40,642 nt of DNA from a virus (lineage: Duplodnaviria; Caudoviricetes): positions 1 through 40,642 of the IMG/VR virus record IMGVR_UViG_3300027619_000006; one strand, 5' to 3'. Positions within the stretch are counted from its first letter, which is position 1. Every line of letters starts with the position of its first letter. Under the pieces are notes generated by a model, which was not told where the DNA came from, made no database searches, and saw nothing but the letters and a program-made list of their open reading frames with translations. Of the stretch, positions 27,794 through 35,879 are shown piece by piece. The position numbers and the translations under genes are program-made.

Positions 27794-28188
27794 ACGCCCA
27801 GCGCGGACCGGAACGCGTACACAGTCTGTTGACGGCCGATATCCAGCGCGCCTCTCATAAAACCGAAACCCGCGAATCCCGTGCCTTCGGAATAACTGAA
27901 CGGCCCCGCCCACTCGCCCGCGGCGCCGCGCTGCCTGATACCGAATTCTACGAATGCCGAATAGGGAGCGGAGTACGTTATCAGTCCGGAGACGCGCTGT
28001 CCGCTCCACGTGACTGAATAAGATCCCGAACTCTTCAATCGACCGGTCTTCACCGGAACGCGCGATTGCGAGATCTCAAGCACTGCTGCCGCCGCCGCAG
28101 TCGCGCCAGTAATCAGTTTCGGCACGAGCTGCGCTTCGAGGCGCGCGAAGTCGCCCGCGCGGAACGTCGATTTCGCGCGAAAGTTCAT
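27790..28188 (-). CDS. HK97 gp10-family tail completion/neck protein (inverted)
   Basis: VPVKTGRLKSS, APYSAFVEFG, FMRGALD motifs; ATGA-coupled to the upstream minus-strand ORF. Confidence 0.85.
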   Translation of the reverse strand: MNFRAKSTFRAGDFARLEAQLVPKLITGATAAAAAVLEISQSRVPVKTGRLKSSGSYSVTWSGQRVSGLITYSAPYSAFVEFGIRQRGAAGEWAGPFSYSEGTGFAGFGFMRGALDIGRQQTVYAFRSALGV

Positions 28189-28346
28189 ACGCGCAGCATC
28201 GGCCAGAGGATCGACAGCGACCAGAAAAACAATCCGCCGCACACGAATGTCGGATAGTACGGAGTCGGGGCGGTCCACCAGCGAGACCATGTTCCGAGTG
28301 CGAACAGCACCACGGCGATGATGAGGAAAACAGCGGGTAGTCCCAT
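28185..28346 (-). CDS. 53-aa two-TM membrane protein
   Basis: MGLPAVFLIIAVVLFALGTW...FVCGGLFFWSLSILWPMLRV; ATG 6 nt after a -10 box. Confidence 0.65.
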   Translation of the reverse strand: MGLPAVFLIIAVVLFALGTWSRWWTAPTPYYPTFVCGGLFFWSLSILWPMLRV

Positions 28347-28352
28347 GCGGCG

Positions 28353-28400
28353 ATTATCGCAATTCCCGAGGTTGACGGCAAACGGACTTCGCGATACACT
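28353..28400. promoter_or_regulatory. Overlapping divergent promoters
   Basis: Minus strand: TTGCCG-17-GATAAT (with TG extension). Plus strand: TTGACG (28372-28377)-17-TACACT (28395-28400). Confidence 0.7.
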
Positions 28401-28406
28401 TCGTGC

Positions 28407-28497
28407 GTGTATTGAAGTTAATTTCCTCTGAGAAACGACTAGCACCCGCCGGGCGTGAATCAGGGTGGAATTCCCTGGGGCGCTCGGCGGCTTTTTC
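28407..28497 (+). ncRNA. Putative ~90-nt small RNA
   Basis: Near-consensus promoter, no meaningful ORF (GTG TAT TGA), and a GC hairpin CCGCCGGGCG...CGCTCGGCGG followed by TTTTT. Confidence 0.5.
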
Positions 28498-28536
28498 GAC
28501 TCAGCAAGCCGCTACCAGTCGTGATACAATCCCCGC

Positions 28537-28833
28537 ATGCAATGCTATACGCTGCCTGACATCACCCCCGCCGGATCTGTGGTCAACCTCGGCACGGTCG
28601 CGACTTCGGCAGGCGAACCCACGCGCGCGGTCTGGGTCAACATGACGGCCAGCGGCACGAGCATCCGCTACGGTGACGCGAACGTCGGCGCGACCCGCGG
28701 GCAGGCACTGACGACCGGCGTGCCGTTTCTTGCGTGTCCGCGCGGCGACAACCCGCAGAGCCCGTACGACCTCAGCAAGATCAACGTGTACGGCGCGAGC
28801 ACGGACAAGGTGTCGATCACATACGGCTACTGA
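28537..28833 (+). CDS. Small beta-rich protein, possibly structural; leaderless
   Basis: TGATACAAT 6 nt upstream of the ATG; Thr/Gly/Val-rich. Confidence 0.65.
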   Translation: MQCYTLPDITPAGSVVNLGTVATSAGEPTRAVWVNMTASGTSIRYGDANVGATRGQALTTGVPFLACPRGDNPQSPYDLSKINVYGASTDKVSITYGY

Positions 28834-29135
28834 GCCTTCGTGCTCTCGTCTGCGACCGCGGGCCCTGGCAGCGATCCAACCACAGCCACCACCTCCGCGC
28901 CCATAAACGGGCGACCTCCCCACTGACTGAAGTGCGCGGCGATGTGCTCACGCATCGCCTGAATACCGCGGATGATGCCGCGGCGCTCGGCGCGCCATTC
29001 GCCCTTTTTGCGGTACTCCGTCATGTACTCGGCGAGGCATTCCGTGCACCAAGGATTCGATGAATCCTCAGCAGCGCGGGGGTTCTTTTTGCACTTCGAG
29101 CAGAGCTTGGCGGGCTGCTTTTCTTCTGTCGGCAT
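28827..29135 (-). CDS. Hypothetical Zn-finger-like protein (CSKC...CTEC)
   Basis: Two CxxC motifs; TAATAT 7 nt upstream of the ATG on the minus strand. Confidence 0.6.
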   Translation of the reverse strand: MPTEEKQPAKLCSKCKKNPRAAEDSSNPWCTECLAEYMTEYRKKGEWRAERRGIIRGIQAMREHIAAHFSQWGGRPFMGAEVVAVVGSLPGPAVADESTKAQ

Positions 29136-29204
29136 GGGATCTATATTACATTATTCTGCTGCCATTCCTTGGAGTGGTGGAAACAATACGCTTATCATCC
29201 CCGT

Positions 29205-30947
29205 GTGAGCATGCTCCGTGCGGGTAACCTGATTCTGGCGCAACGCCTCCAGGAAGCAAGCGAATCTCTCTCGTCAAACGAACTCCGCAGTAAACTCGCG
29301 GACGCCGTCTCGAAGGCGCATGAGGGCACCGCGTCGTACGGCAATTACATCGATCATACCGGCGACGAAGACAGCGGCGACTGCATTTACCAGTGCAGCG
29401 GAAACGGCGAGTCGAACACAATGAAAGCGCCCTACTCCAAGGGCACTGACACGAGCGACTCGGATTACACGGTAGACACCAGCAAGGCTGTCAAGGTCGC
29501 GCCGCGCATGTCGTACGTCGAGCAGCCCGACGAAGCCGACCACTACAGCGCGATGGAGTCCGCGAAACTCTACAGCAAGGGCGCGGTGCCGATCTGCGAG
29601 CGGTTCGTGAGCAAGAAAGAGCGTGACGCCGCGGGCACTGGTGACTTCGCCGGCAAAAACAAAAGCTTCCCGATTCTCAAGGCAGCCGACGTGAGTGCCG
29701 CGGCATCGAGCATCGGTCGCGCGGGTTCAGACAATTACTCGACCGATGTCATCAAGAAAAACATCATCCGCATCGCAAAGGCCAAGGGTTGGGCGAGCGA
29801 GCTACCGAAAGCCTGGCAGGACGGCGCTACGGACACCAGCGAATCGCGGCGCACTCGCGAAGCCCGCAAGCCGATGAAGGATTGCCCCGACTGCGACGGC
29901 ACGGGAGACGGTAAAGACGATGAGGATTGCGACACATGCGGTGGAACCGGAAAAGTCGCCGTGTTCGCGAAGGGCAAAGAATCCGGATCGGCCGCTGGCG
30001 CTGGCTTACACCTTGTGGAGTCTGCGACAACGCTGGATGCGATTCGATTAGTCGAAGCCAAGGCGGATTACGAGATCAAGCTGATCGCGCCTGGCAAAGG
30101 TTCGACCGCGTTCTACCCTGCCGAGGTGCTCAAGCGCGATGGGCCCAACGTTTTCAAAGCTGGCACGCACGTGTACCTCAATCACCAGACGGCGGCTGAG
30201 GAAGCACAGCGGCCCGAAGGCGATGTCAAGAATCTAGCCGGCGTCCTGACCACGGACGCCGTGTATCACGAGTCGCACGCGAAAGGCCCGGGTCTGTACG
30301 GTCGCATGAAGGTGTTCGCGGACCACGCGCAGACGGTCGAGGAGAAAGCCCCGCACGTCGGCATGTCGATCCGCGCATCGGGTGTCGCGGAGTCCGGCAA
30401 GACACGCGAAGGCCGGCCAGTGCTCAAGGAATTGACCAGCGCGGAGAGCGTCGATGTCGTGACGCGCGCCGGCGCGGGTGGAATGATTTTGACCGAATCG
30501 GCGCACGGCGCCACAGGAGAGTCCAGTATGAACGCAGAAGAGAAGTTGCTGCTGCAAAGGCTCGTCGAAAAGGACGTACGGCGCGAAGCGATCGAACTCG
30601 GCGCACGCACGCTCGAAAGCGTGTCGCTCAACGAGTCGGCAAAGATGTACATCATCGAGACGGTGGTGGACAAGGGTGTGCCGAAAGAAGCGGGCGCGCT
30701 CGACAGCAAGAAATTCGTCGAGGCCGTCAATGCTGAGGCTCGTCGATTCGGTGGCGCTATCGGTGCGGGTCCCCGGGTCACCGGCATGGGCGCGCCGCCT
30801 CCGGTCGAACTCACCGATGCGCAGCGCGCGACCATCGCGGCCAACGAGAAAGCCGAGAGCGAGACTTACAAGGAATCCTGGGCCGCTCTGCTCGGCACGA
30901 ATGACCCGAAGATTTTAGAGCGGGCCATGAAAGGACGGACGAACTAA
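29205..30947 (+). CDS. Prohead protease/scaffold with N-terminal accessory modules
   Basis: Protease core YLNH...RPEGDVKNLAG...VGMSI...SVDVVTRAGAGG and a helical scaffold C-terminus. Start is GTG 29205 (6 nt after TATCAT) or ATG 29211. Confidence 0.85.
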   Translation: MSMLRAGNLILAQRLQEASESLSSNELRSKLADAVSKAHEGTASYGNYIDHTGDEDSGDCIYQCSGNGESNTMKAPYSKGTDTSDSDYTVDTSKAVKVAPRMSYVEQPDEADHYSAMESAKLYSKGAVPICERFVSKKERDAAGTGDFAGKNKSFPILKAADVSAAASSIGRAGSDNYSTDVIKKNIIRIAKAKGWASELPKAWQDGATDTSESRRTREARKPMKDCPDCDGTGDGKDDEDCDTCGGTGKVAVFAKGKESGSAAGAGLHLVESATTLDAIRLVEAKADYEIKLIAPGKGSTAFYPAEVLKRDGPNVFKAGTHVYLNHQTAAEEAQRPEGDVKNLAGVLTTDAVYHESHAKGPGLYGRMKVFADHAQTVEEKAPHVGMSIRASGVAESGKTREGRPVLKELTSAESVDVVTRAGAGGMILTESAHGATGESSMNAEEKLLLQRLVEKDVRREAIELGARTLESVSLNESAKMYIIETVVDKGVPKEAGALDSKKFVEAVNAEARRFGGAIGAGPRVTGMGAPPPVELTDAQRATIAANEKAESETYKESWAALLGTNDPKILERAMKGRTN

Positions 30948-30948
30948 A

Positions 30949-31347
30949 GTGAAAAACCAAGTCTATCAAGGCACACCGACCTCGCCGCGCTTCGTGCTTC
31001 TGCCTTCGACCGTTCTGCCCGGCGATTTGATTCTCGTAGGCAATGAGCCCGCGTGCTCACTGAACGGCTACCAGGCCAATAGCGGCGGTGGCACGTGCTA
31101 CTTCACGGGCACCTTCACGGGCACGGTGGTGGGCTCTTCCAGTCACTCGCCGTACACTCCCGAAGCTCTCGGACCCGGCGCGCCTCTCTACGCCAGCGGC
31201 ACGCTCGACAGCGCGACCAACGTGACCACCGGTCTGTTGATCACCGGAACCACGAGCGACACGCCTTTCGGGCATATCGACCCGAGCGGACCCGGAGTCA
31301 ATTCGGGCGCGACAAACACCGCGACCAACATCAAGATCGGAGACTAA
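30949..31347 (+). CDS. Capsid cement/decoration protein (DUF2190-like)
   Basis: MKNQVYQG start, Gly/Thr-rich beta pattern, position between scaffold and MCP. Confidence 0.7.
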   Translation: MKNQVYQGTPTSPRFVLLPSTVLPGDLILVGNEPACSLNGYQANSGGGTCYFTGTFTGTVVGSSSHSPYTPEALGPGAPLYASGTLDSATNVTTGLLITGTTSDTPFGHIDPSGPGVNSGATNTATNIKIGD

Positions 31348-31351
31348 CGAC

Positions 31352-32779
31352 ATGCTACGAATTGGAGCTCCCGAATACACGCCCGGCAATGACATGCACG
31401 GCGCGGTGCCACGCGGTGGCGGCGGCATGGAGTTTGCCGGTCAGTTGGCCGAGTGGAGTCACGACGCTCTCACTCCGCACGTGCAGGGCTATCAGATCGC
31501 TCACCAGCGGGCCACGACCGCGCACAATCGGCGCGTCATGGAAGCCGGACGCCTGCTCAACGATGTCATCGCGGGCAAGCTGGAACCGCTGTTCTGGAAG
31601 GCCGCGCTGACTCCCGGCGCTTGCAATCCGTACATCGTCGAGGCGCTGCGCCAAGAGTACCCCGCAATCTATCGCGTCAACGGTCGCCAGTTGAGCCTGC
31701 AGGAAACGATGTCTTCGCAGGACTATCAATCGCTGTACGCTGATGTGATTGACCGCCAGTACTACAGCAATTTCGCGGCATGGCCCATAACCAACATGGA
31801 CTGCGTTAAGTCTGCCGACCTGCGCGACTTCCGTACCGTCAAGCGGTACATGTACGACGGTCTGGTGACGCCGTACACCAGCAGCGATCCTGGCGCACCT
31901 CCGAATCAACAGGCGATGTTGGGACCTGCGCCGCAGAATGGCGCGATCCCCCCGACGCCCGCCACCAGCACGGCTGCCGTGACGTACTCGCCACTGCTCT
32001 ACCAGGCGAGCGCGTCAATCAATTGGGCGGCATTCGTCGGCGATGATCTGGGAATTTTCCGCGACGTTCCGAAGCGCCTGTCGATAAAAGGCAATCGCGG
32101 TATCGCCAAGTTCATCACACAGCAATTTTTCGACGCCAACGGGCCGAACACTTCCACTCCGGCGGCGAACCCTCTGTTTCAGAGCGGCTACCACAATCAA
32201 CTGACCATCGCGAACGGTGCCAGCAGCAACAACCCGCGACTGAGTATCCAGGCGATTGTGGACGCGTACAACATTCTGGCTGGACAGCTCGACGCGACCG
32301 GCGACCCAATCATGATCGGTGGCAAGATCTCGCTGTACTACGGCGCGTCGGATTACGGCACCGCGAAGAACCTGGCCAACATGCTCGATGTCATGGTGAG
32401 CAACCAGGGCGGCGTGGCGGGCACGAGCGCGAACCTGATTGGCCAACTCGCCCGCGTGAAAAACTGGGCGATGGAAAATCTCACGCTAGTGTATGACCCG
32501 TACCTCACTCTGGTGGCAACGAACAATCCGCACTCGTGGATGATGGTGTGCGATCCGATGTCGCAAGAGCGGCCCGGCGTCGAAGTCGGATTTCTGACCG
32601 GATTCAAGGAGCCGCAATTGTTCACGGAGATCCCGACCACTCAGCGTATGGGTGGCGGACCAGACCCCACGCTTGGAAATTTCTGGTCGAACAACCAGAA
32701 CCTGAAAATCATGGGAGTCATGGGAGCGTCTCCTATGGACGGGAGGAGCGTCGTGGGATCCAACGGTTCCGGCTCCTAG
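31352..32779 (+). CDS. Major capsid protein (Mu gpT-like)
   Basis: LRDFRTVKR, INWAAFVGDDLGIF..., NPLFQSGYHNQL, VEVGFLTGFKEPQLF; followed by a terminator. Confidence 0.88.
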   Translation: MLRIGAPEYTPGNDMHGAVPRGGGGMEFAGQLAEWSHDALTPHVQGYQIAHQRATTAHNRRVMEAGRLLNDVIAGKLEPLFWKAALTPGACNPYIVEALRQEYPAIYRVNGRQLSLQETMSSQDYQSLYADVIDRQYYSNFAAWPITNMDCVKSADLRDFRTVKRYMYDGLVTPYTSSDPGAPPNQQAMLGPAPQNGAIPPTPATSTAAVTYSPLLYQASASINWAAFVGDDLGIFRDVPKRLSIKGNRGIAKFITQQFFDANGPNTSTPAANPLFQSGYHNQLTIANGASSNNPRLSIQAIVDAYNILAGQLDATGDPIMIGGKISLYYGASDYGTAKNLANMLDVMVSNQGGVAGTSANLIGQLARVKNWAMENLTLVYDPYLTLVATNNPHSWMMVCDPMSQERPGVEVGFLTGFKEPQLFTEIPTTQRMGGGPDPTLGNFWSNNQNLKIMGVMGASPMDGRSVVGSNGSGS

Positions 32780-32801
32780 GACTTAGTAAGATCGCGGTAA
32801 C

Positions 32802-32848
32802 AAGCCGCTACGTCATCTCGTAGGAGGCGGCGTAGCGGCTTTTGTTTT
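32802..32848 (+). terminator. Rho-independent terminator after the MCP
   Basis: AAGCCGCTACGTC...GGCGTAGCGGCTT stem followed by TTGTTTT. Confidence 0.85.
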
Positions 32849-32860
32849 GAGTAAGACGAA

Positions 32861-33310
32861 ATGTTCACTTACATTCCAGGAACGCCAATCTTCTATGTCA
32901 GGTTACTCATACCTGACACGGTTGCGCCTGGCATATTCAGCGACGACGAAATCAACGGGCTGATGCAGATTAACTCTCTAACCTGGCAGAGCTCCATGTA
33001 CTACAGCTACCAGGGTGGTGCGCTCAATCTGCCGCAGTGCCCGAGTAACTTCCTGCGCGCGGCGGCGCTCGCTCTCAACACGCTGGCGGGGAATCAAGCG
33101 CGGCTCGCGGCAGTGACGCAGTTGCTCGACGTGAAGCTCAACCCAGCGGCGGCAGCGGCAGCGCTCAAGACACAGGCACAGGCCTATCTGGATATGGACG
33201 ATAACTCGGGCGCGTTTGCGATCTTCGAGCAGTGCGGCACTTCGTGGGCATTCCGCGATCGCTGGCTTAACCAGCTTCAGCGGCAGACGGGAGGCGGTGC
33301 GGTGTCATGA
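32861..33310 (+). CDS. Head-tail adaptor/connector
   Basis: VRLLIPDT...IFSDDEI...AAALAL pattern; first gene after the MCP. Confidence 0.8.
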   Translation: MFTYIPGTPIFYVRLLIPDTVAPGIFSDDEINGLMQINSLTWQSSMYYSYQGGALNLPQCPSNFLRAAALALNTLAGNQARLAAVTQLLDVKLNPAAAAAALKTQAQAYLDMDDNSGAFAIFEQCGTSWAFRDRWLNQLQRQTGGGAVS

Positions 33311-33705
33311 CGCCAAAGGGGGCAGCGGAACACACAATGAGTACCGATTGGATACCTGGGGCAGCCGTCGGCATTGTGTCCGGCTTTATTTCGTGGCTGT
33401 TGGGCTGGCGCATCAACAGCGCGAAGGGAGACGCGCAGTCCGGCGAGCGACTGACCGGCATGCAGTCTGACATACGCGAGTTGCGCGACGATTTCAAGGC
33501 GGGCATGGTCGAGGTTCGTAGTTTCGCCGACTTAGCCGCGCGCTTGCAAAGCTCGCAGAATGTCGTGAATCAGGTAACGGCTAAGTCGCTGGAATCGATC
33601 TGCGAAAAACAAGAGCGGATTGAATCTACGGTGGCCGACCACACGGCGACACTGCGATTACTCACCGAGGTCGTTATGGCGAAAAAGGATTCGGCGAGGC
33701 AATGA
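33307..33705 (+). CDS. N-terminal TM plus coiled-coil protein (holin/lysis-associated?)
   Basis: WIPGAAVGIVSGFISWLLGW TM followed by heptads. Confidence 0.55.
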   Translation: MTPKGAAEHTMSTDWIPGAAVGIVSGFISWLLGWRINSAKGDAQSGERLTGMQSDIRELRDDFKAGMVEVRSFADLAARLQSSQNVVNQVTAKSLESICEKQERIESTVADHTATLRLLTEVVMAKKDSARQ

Positions 33706-33962
33706 GCGACACAACCACAATCGTACTGGCGTTGGTGCCCACGATTAGCGCGACGGTTGCCGCAACGTTCGGCATCATCAACAATCTCCTGGCGCGCCGG
33801 AACTCTGCGCAACTCGCGGAGCAATCGGGCCACATTGCCGATTCGAAGGATGCCATAGAGCTGCTCGAAAAGAACACGAACTCGATCAAGGATGCGTTGG
33901 TGAAGGTGACGGCTGAGGCAGAATTCGCGAAGGGCCTGAAGCTGGGGCAGGAGAGCAAATAA
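33702..33962 (+). CDS. TM plus coiled-coil protein (holin-like)
   Basis: IVLALVPTISATVAATFGII TM; directly upstream of the lysin-like gene. Confidence 0.55.
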   Translation: MSDTTTIVLALVPTISATVAATFGIINNLLARRNSAQLAEQSGHIADSKDAIELLEKNTNSIKDALVKVTAEAEFAKGLKLGQESK

Positions 33963-34348
33963 TGAAACCGACCGACCCCGTATCGCTGCTCGCTTGTGCA
34001 ATCGCGACACAGGAAGGATTCTTTGCCGGCGCGACTATCCCCGCGCTGCGCAACAACCCGGGCGACCTCGACTACGCGAGTCAACTCGGTGCCACGCGAC
34101 CACAACCGGGTTCTCCGGACCCGGCGCTCGCCGTGTTCGCATCGCTGCCACTGGGAGTCGCCGCGCTGTATCGCCAGTTGTGGCTGCAGATCGCGCAAGG
34201 GCAGACAGTGCGGCAGATCGTCGAGCAGTGGGATCCCGGCAACCCGACATACCTCGTGAACGTTCTGTCGTGGACGAAGTTGCCGGCCGATGTGCCCGTG
34301 CTGTCGTTACTGCCTCCGTTAGTTCCGCTGAATGGGAGTGCAACATGA
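33962..34348 (+). CDS. Putative lysozyme-fold cell-wall hydrolase (endolysin)
   Basis: AIATQEGF (catalytic Glu-like), RNNPGDL, AVFAS...G, TVRQIVEQWDP...Y motifs of the NNPGN-type lysozyme-like family. Confidence 0.7.
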   Translation: MKPTDPVSLLACAIATQEGFFAGATIPALRNNPGDLDYASQLGATRPQPGSPDPALAVFASLPLGVAALYRQLWLQIAQGQTVRQIVEQWDPGNPTYLVNVLSWTKLPADVPVLSLLPPLVPLNGSAT

Positions 34349-34482
34349 ACGACGAAGAGAAAGAGATGGCGGTGATACAGGCTGTTGAGAGGTTCTCGTG
34401 GGCGTGGGAGCGAATCGCGGTAGCTTGCGAGAGATTGGCCGGAACCGTAGAAGCGCTCGTCGAGGCAGCGAAAAAGGAATGA
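34345..34482 (+). CDS. 45-aa helical protein
   Basis: GGGAG RBS; ATGA overlaps at both ends. Confidence 0.5.
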   Translation: MNDEEKEMAVIQAVERFSWAWERIAVACERLAGTVEALVEAAKKE

Positions 34483-34907
34483 ACCAGGACGCCATAGCGT
34501 TGGCCATCGCCGGTGTGATGCCCGCGGCTATCGCGACGGGTCTGTTCGTGTCGCTGTTCACGGCGATGGAGCCGGTGCCAGTGATTGGGCCGACTGGCGC
34601 GGTGGAATTCGACTACACGCCTGTGAGCGGACTGATGAATATTCCGTGCATCGCGGCTCCTGAGAGCCCAGCGAACATCGTAGCCACCGAAGTGCGCGCG
34701 CTGACCGAGATAACGGCGTCCGAAATTCGGCACGTGCTGCTGGATTCCTGGTACCCGCAACTCGACGCCGGATGGCGCGGCGAGAACAGCGACGACAAGG
34801 GCGCGTGGATCGCGATGATCGACGGATTCAATTATGAAATCTCGGGCGTTGAATCGGATAGTCAGACGACGCAAACGCGAATCAAGGTTACGCTCGCAAC
34901 GGTGTAA
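34479..34907 (+). CDS. Head closure (stopper) protein
   Basis: AAGGA upstream; IDGFNYEISGVESDSQTTQTRI C-terminal pattern; gene position. Confidence 0.7.
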   Translation: MNQDAIALAIAGVMPAAIATGLFVSLFTAMEPVPVIGPTGAVEFDYTPVSGLMNIPCIAAPESPANIVATEVRALTEITASEIRHVLLDSWYPQLDAGWRGENSDDKGAWIAMIDGFNYEISGVESDSQTTQTRIKVTLATV

Positions 34908-34909
34908 AT

Positions 34910-35371
34910 ATGAGCCCGATGCCAATCCAACAGAAGCTCCGAACGCTGGCGATGCAGGACGCCGGCATGCAGAGTTATCTGCTCGGGACCAACGGAACAT
35001 TCCGGTTCTTTGACACCCAACTGCCGAAGGGCTACGTCGGGCAGGGCACGTGCGTGACGACAGAGGTCGTATCGAGCGTGCTCGACTACGTGCAGACCGG
35101 CCCGCTGGCGTTGGAGTGGGTCCGCTTGCAACTGAGTGTTTGGGACATGGATTCGGTCGTCGCGAAGAACCTCGCGAACTACATTCAGAATTCGTGGATG
35201 CCGCGCGTGGACTGTGTGACCGATTCGCAATTCCAGTCGCCTCCGGGCCCACCGTTGAGCGCGGCTAACTTCAAACTTTCGCAACGAGGAGTTCTCGATT
35301 ACAGTGTTATGCCGACGCCGGCTTGGACAGAGATCCTCGATTTCCGTGTTGCAAATAACACGAATATTTAA
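34910..35371 (+). CDS. Tail terminator/completion protein
   Basis: Immediately before the tail tube gene; RLQLSVWD strand typical of the family. Confidence 0.7.
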   Translation: MSPMPIQQKLRTLAMQDAGMQSYLLGTNGTFRFFDTQLPKGYVGQGTCVTTEVVSSVLDYVQTGPLALEWVRLQLSVWDMDSVVAKNLANYIQNSWMPRVDCVTDSQFQSPPGPPLSAANFKLSQRGVLDYSVMPTPAWTEILDFRVANNTNI

Positions 35372-35410
35372 CCGCTTCACGAACCGCATCACCAAGGAGC
35401 ACCGAATAAC

Positions 35411-35866
35411 ATGTCAACTTTAGCGCTTCCAGCTATCGCAAGTTTCAACACCAGCCTGTATCTCGGCGGCCCCACCAGCCCGCCCACTTATGTCCTCCAA
35501 GGACGGATTGGCGACATCAAGTTCAACGGCGTGTCCATCGACATGGTGGACGTGTCTAACCAAACCAGCACTGCACACCGCATGCTCGGAACGCTTCTCA
35601 AGTCCGGAGCGCTGACATTCACGCTCTACTGGGAGCCGGCTGCCACTCAGGACCAGACGCTATTCAACATCATCATCACGGCACCCCCGGCCTTGCAGCA
35701 ATGGAAGGTTGTCTGGGCACTCGGCACCGATGGCACCGCGTGGTTGTTCAACGGCTATCTGAGCAAGTTCACGCCGGACGCGAGCATTGCCAAGGCCTTG
35801 ACCTGCGCGTGCGAAATCACCATCGACAACACCATCAGTGTCGTCTATGGCGCCGGGCCGCTCTAA
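35411..35866 (+). CDS. Major tail tube protein
   Basis: AAGGAG RBS; DMVDVSN...GTLLKSGALTFTLYW...WLFNGYLSKF pattern of sipho tube proteins. Confidence 0.88.
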   Translation: MSTLALPAIASFNTSLYLGGPTSPPTYVLQGRIGDIKFNGVSIDMVDVSNQTSTAHRMLGTLLKSGALTFTLYWEPAATQDQTLFNIIITAPPALQQWKVVWALGTDGTAWLFNGYLSKFTPDASIAKALTCACEITIDNTISVVYGAGPL

Positions 35867-35879
35867 TCGAGGCTGAGCC

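Noticed and set aside
28185-28497. Type I toxin-antitoxin pair (membrane peptide plus sRNA)
   Set aside because: The transcripts are divergent and non-overlapping, and I found no complementarity between the sRNA and the peptide mRNA.
34035-35252. 405-aa minus-strand ORF
   Set aside because: It overlaps well-supported plus-strand lysis and neck genes and has Arg/Ser/Pro-rich shadow composition.
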